From IMG/VR virus record IMGVR_UViG_3300006149_000006, positions 1 to 64,000 of that record: a stretch of DNA of 64,000 nt; one strand, given 5' to 3'. The first letter of the stretch is position 1. Every line of letters starts with the position of its first letter. Source of the stretch: a virus. Its lineage: Duplodnaviria > Caudoviricetes. The translations under genes and the position numbers were made by a program. This document shows, in pieces, positions 36,706 through 44,981 of this stretch. A model generated the notes under the pieces. That model had not been told where the DNA came from, did not search any database, and saw only the letters and a program-made list of their open reading frames with translations.

Positions 36706-38403
36706 TTATCCGATTGCAAAATAGGCGTAAGTGTATCCGTCCTCGTTCATAGCAATATATCCAAATCTTGTGTTTGTTCTATATCTAGCATTTCTAACAT
36801 TAAACCCGGTGGATGTTATTTCTAAACAGGCTGCCAGATTTGTAGTGCTATCACCTTGAGAACTTTTGAAAGGATACCCGTCATATGCATAATTTGAATA
36901 CACATACACAGTATATCGCTCATCATAATACATCGACCACGGGGCCTCTGCGGCGCTAAGACTAACACAGCCCACAAATACAAATTTAGGTCTAAACCCA
37001 AGATTTATAGAACGAGCGGACTGAAAGGAATTTGTAGTATAACTTGGTACCGCCACATTCCCCACATAAGTCCCTGTTGCGATCTTCGCACCGCCGCCCG
37101 AAAACTCTTCTCCGTTCAGCAGAAGTTTTTGCGTGACAAGATTTATTTGTTTGTTGCCCTTAATCTCAAGACAATCATCCGTAGGCTCATACAAATAAAC
37201 ATAGTCACTATCGCCAAGGTTTAGCTTCATGCCATAATTTCCAGAACCTTTGATTCTAAGATTCCCGGTCAGAGTGCCGCCTGTGCTGGGAAGTGCACCG
37301 ACCTCGGACGCAGTGTAGGTAGGCTTTGCCGCTGCTTGTGCCCATGCTGATACAATCGCATTCCTTAAATTTGTAAATGATATCTTTTTACCTGTTGCTG
37401 CGCTAGTGTCTCTAAATGGGAATAAATCATTCGTAGCAACAGTTGTCTCTTCGCTTAGATTACTTACAAGATTTCCAATCGCAGATGGCGAACTCGTTCC
37501 GCCTGTGCCGCCGCGCGATGTAGGCAGCGTACCAGATGTAATATTTGTTGCACTATGATTATGGGATGTAGGCGCTCTGGTGCTGATTTGAGTATCGACA
37601 TATAGCTTATTGGAAGCATCATGATTGAATTCGGGATCTTTTATACCTATTAACCTAACAAGATCTGTCGTTGTATCTTTATCTGCTTCAGTATCGCCAT
37701 TACTTATAGTTGGACTAGATATCGTTGGACTACGAAATCTAATAACAGGCTTACTAGAATTAAGTTTAATGAGCGGATTTAACAAAAATTTGTTGTTCAT
37801 ATCGAGATTTCCTGCCATAGTCCCCCCAGCCAGCGGAAGATATTTTGCGGCTTTATCATCTACGTATTTTTTGTTGGCGGCACCATTATCAGTTACTGGT
37901 TCTGATAAACCTTTCAAAAATATTGGAACTTTTGTCGTATCAGATTCACTAGCTACAATAGCAACTTTGGAATTAAAATGTCCAAGCCATATAGTATTTC
38001 CATTTTGGTTTAACCCAATAGCTGAGAGTTTTTCACACGCGCTCTTATTAAAATTCACACTGCCACTCATCGTCCCCCCGCTCAACGGCAGCGCTCCAAC
38101 CTGCTCTGCGGTATGAGTATGAGTGTTGTCAGCCTTATTTGCAAGTTCTTCGTCGATTTCTGGATGCGAATGATCGACTGGAGCCGCACCGACTTGTTCC
38201 GCTGTATAATCCCCAGTCTGCGGACTGACAGTTCCATGCCTACCATTAAACGATACGACACCAGTATCAGGAGCCTCTTGCGCAACAGCGTTCCCATCAG
38301 CATCAAATCCAACAACTTGTCCCGGCATACCAGTTAATTTATCCTGTTTATCAGCTAACCCACTTTGTTCTCCCATTGGAAACGCAGAAATAATCATTTT
38401 CAT
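36706..38403 (-). CDS. Tail fibre protein (cassette 1)
   Basis: MIISAFP-KQDKL-GQVVGFD head, LP..GGTM.G and AANK.YVD repeats. Confidence 0.85.
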   Translation of the reverse strand: MKMIISAFPMGEQSGLADKQDKLTGMPGQVVGFDADGNAVAQEAPDTGVVSFNGRHGTVSPQTGDYTAEQVGAAPVDHSHPEIDEELANKADNTHTHTAEQVGALPLSGGTMSGSVNFNKSACEKLSAIGLNQNGNTIWLGHFNSKVAIVASESDTTKVPIFLKGLSEPVTDNGAANKKYVDDKAAKYLPLAGGTMAGNLDMNNKFLLNPLIKLNSSKPVIRFRSPTISSPTISNGDTEADKDTTTDLVRLIGIKDPEFNHDASNKLYVDTQISTRAPTSHNHSATNITSGTLPTSRGGTGGTSSPSAIGNLVSNLSEETTVATNDLFPFRDTSAATGKKISFTNLRNAIVSAWAQAAAKPTYTASEVGALPSTGGTLTGNLRIKGSGNYGMKLNLGDSDYVYLYEPTDDCLEIKGNKQINLVTQKLLLNGEEFSGGGAKIATGTYVGNVAVPSYTTNSFQSARSINLGFRPKFVFVGCVSLSAAEAPWSMYYDERYTVYVYSNYAYDGYPFKSSQGDSTTNLAACLEITSTGFNVRNARYRTNTRFGYIAMNEDGYTYAYFAIG

Positions 38404-38443
38404 CAACTCCTTTCATCTATCTACAATTACCAAATTTGTAATA

Positions 38444-38848
38444 TTATCCAATGAGAATTAGCGTTACAGGAATATCGCATGATGGAATCTGTCCAGCAAC
38501 AGAAATAGTTAATCGTCCATTCTCTTGGCCGCTTACATATAGTTTTGCGGCACAAGCTTCTTCAAACTGTTCTCTTGAAATATTCTGAGATATATTGATA
38601 ATCCCATTTTGCAAATCTGTCAATGCATCAATCGTAAGCGTTTGTGTCACTAGACTATCCGAGCCAATCCATGCGGATGCTTTCAATACAGTATCAATAT
38701 ATCTGCTGTTCTCGGCTTTTTGTGCAAGAATATTATCAATCTTTGTCATGTTAGAGTTAGTTTCGCCAAATACTTTTTTGCGCACATCTATAACCATTTC
38801 GCTGCTGTCATCTGTAACGTATAGTCCATAATTTGCGGTTTCACTCAT
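38444..38848 (-). CDS. Tail adaptor-like protein (one L.ASAW...CDIPV domain)
   Basis: Domain is repeated in the upstream gene. Confidence 0.65.
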   Translation of the reverse strand: MSETANYGLYVTDDSSEMVIDVRKKVFGETNSNMTKIDNILAQKAENSRYIDTVLKASAWIGSDSLVTQTLTIDALTDLQNGIINISQNISREQFEEACAAKLYVSGQENGRLTISVAGQIPSCDIPVTLILIG

Positions 38849-38864
38849 AATTAGCCTCCTTTAA

Positions 38865-39620
38865 TTAGGGAATCAGCATAATCGTTACAGGAATATTACA
38901 TGCCGGTAAATTCCCACTCGCCGAAATAGTGATACTTCCATCTGACTGATCGGCTACACGAAGATTCGCCTCCTTCGCCGCCTTTATTTGTTCGTCCGTA
39001 GCATCTCTTGCAATGCTAATTACGCCGTTTTGCTTCTCATATAACCCATCCACTCTGACTGTCTGTTGATTATTACTCCATGCCGATGCTTCCAACGTAA
39101 TATATACCATATGACTTGAATTGTCAGTTGGAAGAAGAACAATAGACACTGGAATATCACAATCTGGAATTTGGCCATCCGCATGAACTATGAGCGAATT
39201 TTTATCTTGGTTCGATATTACCAAATTGGCATTAGCTGCTGCTGTCATCTGTTCGTCTGTCGCAGCATCCGAAATTCCAATAATACCATTTCGTTCAGAT
39301 CCAAACCTATGATCTGTAATTGTTTGTTCATTATCACTCCATGCATTTTGCAGAAGTACAGCTTCAACAAGAATACTGGATGAAGAACCATTAAAATTAT
39401 CAAACGGAAGCTCATTATACCGTTTTCCTCCGTATCCTGTTTTATGTCGAATCACACCATCGCTACAAACCACAGTAACCATCTCTCCATCTAAAAGAAC
39501 TGGATTTTTGCTTTCCCAACTCTCTACAGTGTCCCTGCGCTGCTGAAATGTTCCAGTAACTTTTCGTTCATTCATTTTCATATCACGCTCATTTCTTTCA
39601 AAATTTTTGCTATAAAACAC
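38865..39620 (-). CDS. Mtd_N/hyaluronidase-N-like tail protein with two adaptor domains
   Basis: RRDT...W...NPVL.DGE...K.G.G...NELP plus two AW...QQT...P.C.IPV domains. Confidence 0.7.
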   Translation of the reverse strand: MFYSKNFERNERDMKMNERKVTGTFQQRRDTVESWESKNPVLLDGEMVTVVCSDGVIRHKTGYGGKRYNELPFDNFNGSSSSILVEAVLLQNAWSDNEQTITDHRFGSERNGIIGISDAATDEQMTAAANANLVISNQDKNSLIVHADGQIPDCDIPVSIVLLPTDNSSHMVYITLEASAWSNNQQTVRVDGLYEKQNGVISIARDATDEQIKAAKEANLRVADQSDGSITISASGNLPACNIPVTIMLIP

Positions 39621-39666
39621 GGCTGTTATACCCCAATATAGTACAACAGCCGCTAATCGTTTTTAT

Positions 39667-40623
39667 TTATGCGTGCCCGCCATCAAAGGCAAACACATCA
39701 CCTTCATCAAGCACTGTATCGGGCAATGTATACACATTCATTTCTGTGCCATCAACTTTGACATTACCATTGGTATCCGATTCCTCCACTTTCGTAGCCT
39801 TATCCTCAAGAGTAGTTACTCGGTCTGCAAGTGCCGTAAGATTCTCAGCTGTTGCATAATCACCAATTCTCAGTGCTGCAATAGCCGCCTCTACATAAGC
39901 TTTAACAGTCGTATATTCCAAGCCCTCTGAATCCATTCCAAGTGCAAGTTTCGCCTGCAATGCGCTAATTGCAGTGTTTATAGAAGCCGCATCATTAGGA
40001 TGATTTTGAATCCACTGTGCGATTTCAGCCAAAGTATCTAGCGATTCCTGCGCATTTTCTGGAATCAACTGCTTAACAAGCTCTTCGTTTGCAATCGTCC
40101 GAACACTCTTACTGGTATCCGTGCCAACCAATGTGTCGACCGTTTCTTCGACCGCAGTCACACGACCAGCAAGCGCCGTATCATCATACACCGCATCGGG
40201 CGTAATAATTGTTGCTTCCAAAGTCCAATCTTCTGCACCAATTTCTTTACTGAATACCTTCAGCATGTGTTTATCTGTCTTGTCCTGTTCGATTTTATAC
40301 TTTGTATTTGTGTCCTGAATCGTCGTACCAATATAATCAGCAAGACCGGAAATTTCATCTGCTGTATATTCAGGTTTTGTATCCGCCTTAGCCCAATCGC
40401 TTACATCACCAGCAAACGCCGAAACATACGGCAAGTCTTTAAATGCGGTTGTTCCATCTCCAACTTTAAGGAGTGTCCCCGCTTCGTTCATCCCAGGGAA
40501 TGAATTTTTAGGGACAAACACGACACAAAGTTCACGATCTTTCAGAATTGGATTTTTTGTGGTCCAATTTTCCAGAGTATCGCCTTTTTGCTGGAATGAA
40601 CCCCTAATAATTCTATCAGCCAT
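39667..40623 (-). CDS. Mtd_N-like tail fibre protein
   Basis: DT..NW...NPIL...KVGDG...DLPY, LDTL.EIA.WI; ends DGGHA. Confidence 0.7.
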   Translation of the reverse strand: MADRIIRGSFQQKGDTLENWTTKNPILKDRELCVVFVPKNSFPGMNEAGTLLKVGDGTTAFKDLPYVSAFAGDVSDWAKADTKPEYTADEISGLADYIGTTIQDTNTKYKIEQDKTDKHMLKVFSKEIGAEDWTLEATIITPDAVYDDTALAGRVTAVEETVDTLVGTDTSKSVRTIANEELVKQLIPENAQESLDTLAEIAQWIQNHPNDAASINTAISALQAKLALGMDSEGLEYTTVKAYVEAAIAALRIGDYATAENLTALADRVTTLEDKATKVEESDTNGNVKVDGTEMNVYTLPDTVLDEGDVFAFDGGHA

Positions 40624-40682
40624 TTTATCACTTCCTTTTCACAAAATAAAAGGGGGAATATGATACTCCCCCTAATTTTCAA

Positions 40683-41699
40683 CTAAGCATTTCCGCCGTC
40701 CAAAAGAATATCATCTGTATACTGCACAACAGTATCCGGCAGTGTATAAACAGTCTGTTCAGTGCCATTGATTACTACATTGCCATTCGTTTCAGAAACC
40801 TCGACTTTTGTAGCACCTTCAGCCATACCGGCAAGTTTTGCATGATCAGCAGCGGACATTGCACCGGCAGTTGTGTCGGTTGCCAATGTAAGTTCCAGCC
40901 CATTTTTCCCAACAGACAGACCATTTTTACTTTCGCCCAGTTTGACAGATACAACATTTGTATCAGAGATATCAATGCCATCACCAGCAGTATAAGGGTC
41001 AACCAAATCCTTTACAGGCAGGTAAATATGCTGTTCCTCTCCGTCTGCATCAGGAACATTGACCACAAAATCAATATATGTATCCCCAGCAACAGCACCC
41101 GTATATGGATCATCAGGCGTAGCTACGCTGTTTACAACACCAGACTTAACGAGGAAGTCTTTTGGAATATTAATATCTTCACCAACAGCAACGCCATCTA
41201 CCGTGATCTGATAGGTTGCCGCATATCCGTCATTTGCAGTCGTTTTCCGTACAACATCAATCACAGCGCTTGCAGCAGTTGTAATTGTAGAAACAATACG
41301 CCATTCAGAATCATTAAGCCCCTTCGCATAAAGTTTCAGAATGCGCGGATCTGTCTCGTCCTGCTCAAGTTTATATTGTGTATCCGTGTCACCGATCTTA
41401 CCAGAAATATATGCATCAATACCTGAAATCTCCTCAGCAGTATAAGTAGGCTTGTTCTCCTGCTTCGCCCAATCGGGCACGTCACCGGCCAATGCTGTCA
41501 CATACGGAAGATCGTTAAATGACGTTACGCCATCACCCATTTTCAACAGTGTAGCAGCCGGAATTCCCTTTTCAGAATCCTTGGGGATATTAACGATAAT
41601 AGGCTCGTGCATACCATAAACTGCATTTTTAGCCTCCAAATTTTCCAATGTGTCACCACGAAGTTTGTACTGTACATTGATAGTCTTATTCGTTGCCAT
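40683..41699 (-). CDS. Mtd_N-like tail fibre protein (paralogue)
   Basis: KMGDG..FNDLPY, YTAG.GI.I and G.MSA.D..KL; ends DGGNA. Confidence 0.7.
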   Translation of the reverse strand: MATNKTINVQYKLRGDTLENLEAKNAVYGMHEPIIVNIPKDSEKGIPAATLLKMGDGVTSFNDLPYVTALAGDVPDWAKQENKPTYTAEEISGIDAYISGKIGDTDTQYKLEQDETDPRILKLYAKGLNDSEWRIVSTITTAASAVIDVVRKTTANDGYAATYQITVDGVAVGEDINIPKDFLVKSGVVNSVATPDDPYTGAVAGDTYIDFVVNVPDADGEEQHIYLPVKDLVDPYTAGDGIDISDTNVVSVKLGESKNGLSVGKNGLELTLATDTTAGAMSAADHAKLAGMAEGATKVEVSETNGNVVINGTEQTVYTLPDTVVQYTDDILLDGGNA

Positions 41700-41714
41700 A
41701 ATAATCACCTCTTT

Positions 41715-42032
41715 TTAAATATTTCCGTCAATAATGATGAAATCGCCATCATCTTGCGCTAACTTTTTTATATTCAATGAATTGACTTCCATATCGCCAT
41801 CTTCATGAATACTCACTTTGTTTTCAGAATCACTTGATTTAACCCCTCCAATCAAATCTTCCGTACCAATGGGGATTTTTAATGAGCCAGCGTTTTTAAT
41901 CTCATTTTCCAGCTCTGAAAATTTATCCTTTACATTTTTGAAATTATCGTTAAACTTTCGAGCAACATCTGCACCAGAATCTGCATTATCTTTTGATGTT
42001 CCAGCCCTCAATAATTCATAAACAAAATCCAT
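41715..42032 (-). CDS. Tail-associated hypothetical protein
   Basis: K.N.NF and GGVK; ends IDGNI. Confidence 0.55.
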   Translation of the reverse strand: MDFVYELLRAGTSKDNADSGADVARKFNDNFKNVKDKFSELENEIKNAGSLKIPIGTEDLIGGVKSSDSENKVSIHEDGDMEVNSLNIKKLAQDDGDFIIIDGNI

Positions 42033-42049
42033 ATCATCACCACCTTTCT

Positions 42050-42238
42050 TTAATTATATAACATATAATCTGAACGCAATAAGGTGGTTTCATAAAGATA
42101 CCCTTTATAATCTTCTGGTTGGCCGACTGGCGCAATACAGTCTCCGATTATGGGTTCATCCCCTTCTTCTGGCGGTTTGTATGGAGGACTACAGTACGGA
42201 TAAAATACGCCCCAGTAAAATCCAAAAGCCATTGACAT
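42050..42238 (-). CDS. Hypothetical protein
   Basis: ORF with RBS ggtggtg in the operon. Confidence 0.5.
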   Translation of the reverse strand: MSMAFGFYWGVFYPYCSPPYKPPEEGDEPIIGDCIAPVGQPEDYKGYLYETTLLRSDYMLYN

Positions 42239-42252
42239 GACATATCACCACC

Positions 42253-42549
42253 TTAATAAACGAAGCAAACAACGCATTTGCTTGTCGGCTTTTTAAAATG
42301 CACATCCCGGATTTCTGCTGTGTTTGTTCCTCCAAATGCTGTACTCGAAAAGTTGCCCAGTTCATCAGTCGTGAATTCAAATCCGTCCATAAAGAATTCC
42401 GTATATGGTGTTGTTTTGATTGTAATATGATATAATTTATCGGCCAAGGATGCAGGTTCCACTTCCCTGATTTTAGCAATACATCTCTCAACAACATTTT
42501 CATTTGCTAAAAATGTTACATTCAGCAAACCACCTTGTTTTCTTACCAT
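42253..42549 (-). CDS. Hypothetical protein
   Basis: ORF with RBS ggaggtg. Confidence 0.6.
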   Translation of the reverse strand: MVRKQGGLLNVTFLANENVVERCIAKIREVEPASLADKLYHITIKTTPYTEFFMDGFEFTTDELGNFSSTAFGGTNTAEIRDVHFKKPTSKCVVCFVY

Positions 42550-42569
42550 TGTTATCACCTCCCTGGTTT

Positions 42570-43004
42570 CTAATCGCTTGTCGTTACAAAATCAACCTCA
42601 TGCAAAGTCTTTTGATCCGATTCATCCAATGTCATGTGGTCAATATCTCTCAAAAGCTGATAATATCCTAGTTGAATACTGCCCTCAGCATCTAATGTAA
42701 GTGTACTTTCTTGTTCATCTGTAGTCGTAATAAAACAACAAATTGCTTCTTCCCAAGAATTATCTTCAAGCAAAAGCTCACAATTAAATTCGGGCAAATA
42801 TTTTATCGCACCGGCCTCTATATCCATTTCCAAAATGATTTGTTCGGTGCAGTCACCCAGGGTAGAGTGTAGAATAACATCACTTGGTTCTGTACATAAC
42901 ACGAATTCAGATTCTAATGATAGCAATTCTCTTTGCAGTAACTGATGAATGACGACATCTATTTCCGTAAGGCGCTCTTTCAAATATACATTAAATGAAT
43001 GCAT
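42570..43004 (-). CDS. Acidic tail-associated protein
   Basis: ORF in the tail operon. Confidence 0.6.
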   Translation of the reverse strand: MHSFNVYLKERLTEIDVVIHQLLQRELLSLESEFVLCTEPSDVILHSTLGDCTEQIILEMDIEAGAIKYLPEFNCELLLEDNSWEEAICCFITTTDEQESTLTLDAEGSIQLGYYQLLRDIDHMTLDESDQKTLHEVDFVTTSD

Positions 43005-43028
43005 TTTTTACACCGCCTTCCCCGTGTT

Positions 43029-43430
43029 TTATGAAACATTTTTTAATGTTAGTTTTAATTTTCCGCGCTCCAAAATCACAATCACAGCTTCTTCAACTGA
43101 GCGCGGTTTGGAAAGTCTTTCAGATAAAAGAAAATTTCCACCCGTTGCAGCATCAAACAGTACAAAGTGTGTAATAGTGCCCCACTCTGCTGAACTTTTC
43201 GGAAATGAAACTTCTGAATTATTCGTGATTACTCCATTATTGGGAATAGATAAATTTGTTAATTCTATTCTTGTATACCCCGCTGCTGGTGATGGTTCTG
43301 TAATGCCAGTCCCGCTAACAGTCGGAGTAGTTTTGCTTAACCCAAGAAAAACTTTACTGGGCAAAGCAGGACTTGTTTTCGTCTTAAAAACATTCCCCAT
43401 AATACAATTCAAGAAATGTGTAGAAACCAT
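43029..43430 (-). CDS. Phage tail fibre/baseplate small protein
   Basis: EP....Y.R, N...FP.....WGT.THF..FDA.TGGN motifs. Confidence 0.75.
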   Translation of the reverse strand: MVSTHFLNCIMGNVFKTKTSPALPSKVFLGLSKTTPTVSGTGITEPSPAAGYTRIELTNLSIPNNGVITNNSEVSFPKSSAEWGTITHFVLFDAATGGNFLLSERLSKPRSVEEAVIVILERGKLKLTLKNVS

Positions 43431-43456
43431 CCAACCTCTCTCCTTCTATGTTTCGT

Positions 43457-43834
43457 TTATTGTAAAAAACCTTTATTAATATTGTGTGTAATCAGCAAAA
43501 AACCTTGGTTCGGAATTTCTGCCTCGCCATAAGTATCTTTTATAGTGAGCTGATAAATATATTTTCCATCAAGTTGTAGCGTATCACCCGGTGCTAAATC
43601 AACTGATGCAACATTCATAACCTCTTCAATACCAATTTTGAACCCTACTGTTTTAGATATCAATGGGTCTCCCGTCTGGTCAGAGTAATCAACAACAGAA
43701 AAATTCCCTGTGCACCCTTTTGCATTGTATGGCGAGCCTCCCCTTGTATATAATCTCCAGTTAAGTGTATTAGATTGGCCAGCTACAAACATAACGGTAG
43801 GCATGGTATAAATATCGTTTCTCAGGTAAATCAC
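43457..43834 (-). CDS. BppU-like baseplate protein
   Basis: L...DT..L.GKY.YQ..I motif; follows Dit. Confidence 0.6.
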   Translation of the reverse strand: MIYLRNDIYTMPTVMFVAGQSNTLNWRLYTRGGSPYNAKGCTGNFSVVDYSDQTGDPLISKTVGFKIGIEEVMNVASVDLAPGDTLQLDGKYIYQLTIKDTYGEAEIPNQGFLLITHNINKGFLQ

Positions 43835-44637
43835 CCCCCTACATTTGCAGGAAATTCACAAATGAAATCAAGAATACAATTCCCCACTACCTTTATCTTG
43901 TTCATTCCTCTCCTTAACGGAAGCCACTTAAAATTGAAATATTGATACATATTAATCCCATCATTAGCAGAAATAATTCCTGAATTGTTATCTATATTGA
44001 TCGTCAATGATGTGCTTTTATAAATATCAGACAGCCTAAATTCTGTATTTTTGATAGACTGATTAGTGATTGAAATTGTATTGCTTCCATTGAGCTGAAT
44101 TTTCATTTTCGGATAATATAGATGATTAACGGTTGCCCGACTGATCAAAGAAATATTAGTCGTTCCACTACACATATAGTGAAATTTTTCTGGGAACCGA
44201 TATCCATATGGGGAATCACACGTAATTTTTGCCGTAAATGCCCAAGGAAGCCATGATAATTGGATCGGCTCCAACTCACCTATTACACAATGATATCGAA
44301 TCATTTCTAAATCAGGCTGTTCAATTTCTAACCATTGATATTGATCTTGGTCCGTGAGCCATGATGCAATAGCATTTATTTCATAACGATCTAAATATTC
44401 GTTCATAGACAATACTTGTGGATCAAGACCAAACACTAATTTAAATTCCAGTGGTTTCCCAAATGATCTGCCATAAAATAAACTTTGTCCTTTAGATGGA
44501 ATTACATCTGTTATTAGTTCGCCCGTGCTGGCAAATGGAGTTGCATCATTTCTCTTTCCATCAATGTCATAAATCCGAAGACCATATTTTTCACATGGAA
44601 TCCGATTAAACGAAAAACGTTTTGCAATGAATCCCAT
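43831..44637 (-). CDS. Distal tail (Dit)-like protein
   Basis: F.FN......YGL, WLT, CDSPY.Y and L..G.N.I motifs. Confidence 0.75.
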   Translation of the reverse strand: MGFIAKRFSFNRIPCEKYGLRIYDIDGKRNDATPFASTGELITDVIPSKGQSLFYGRSFGKPLEFKLVFGLDPQVLSMNEYLDRYEINAIASWLTDQDQYQWLEIEQPDLEMIRYHCVIGELEPIQLSWLPWAFTAKITCDSPYGYRFPEKFHYMCSGTTNISLISRATVNHLYYPKMKIQLNGSNTISITNQSIKNTEFRLSDIYKSTSLTINIDNNSGIISANDGINMYQYFNFKWLPLRRGMNKIKVVGNCILDFICEFPANVGG

Positions 44638-44661
44638 CTAAACCACCCCAATTCTATTCTT

Positions 44662-44838
44662 TTATTCTCTTTTTTCAGTAACCTCACATCCGTCAAGAAT
44701 TTTTAACACTTCCTGTAACACTGAATAACAGCCAGCCAATGTCCCTGCATTCTGTGCGCCACTCACTGTAATGCCACCATCAAGGGCTTTACAAACCATT
44801 TCAATTCGATGTACAATTTCCTTTTTATCCATAGCCAT
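44662..44838 (-). CDS. Small hypothetical protein
   Basis: RBS gggaggg, 58 codons. Confidence 0.55.
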   Translation of the reverse strand: MAMDKKEIVHRIEMVCKALDGGITVSGAQNAGTLAGCYSVLQEVLKILDGCEVTEKRE

Positions 44839-44981
44839 CCCTCCCTAGTCAAACACTAAAGCGAGAGCATATTACCCTCGCTTAATACATTACATAAATT
44901 AAAAATCAATCCTGTATAAAATATTTATATCTTACCTCCAAAATATGAATCCAACACAGCAGTTGCTAAACAGATAAAATT

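Noticed and set aside
27759-38403. Invertible shufflon of fibre genes
   Set aside because: All cassettes and repeats are in direct orientation and no invertase is adjacent
26452-41708. Diversity-generating retroelement acting on the fibres
   Set aside because: No reverse transcriptase in the window, and I saw no TR/VR pair differing at adenines; one outside the window cannot be excluded
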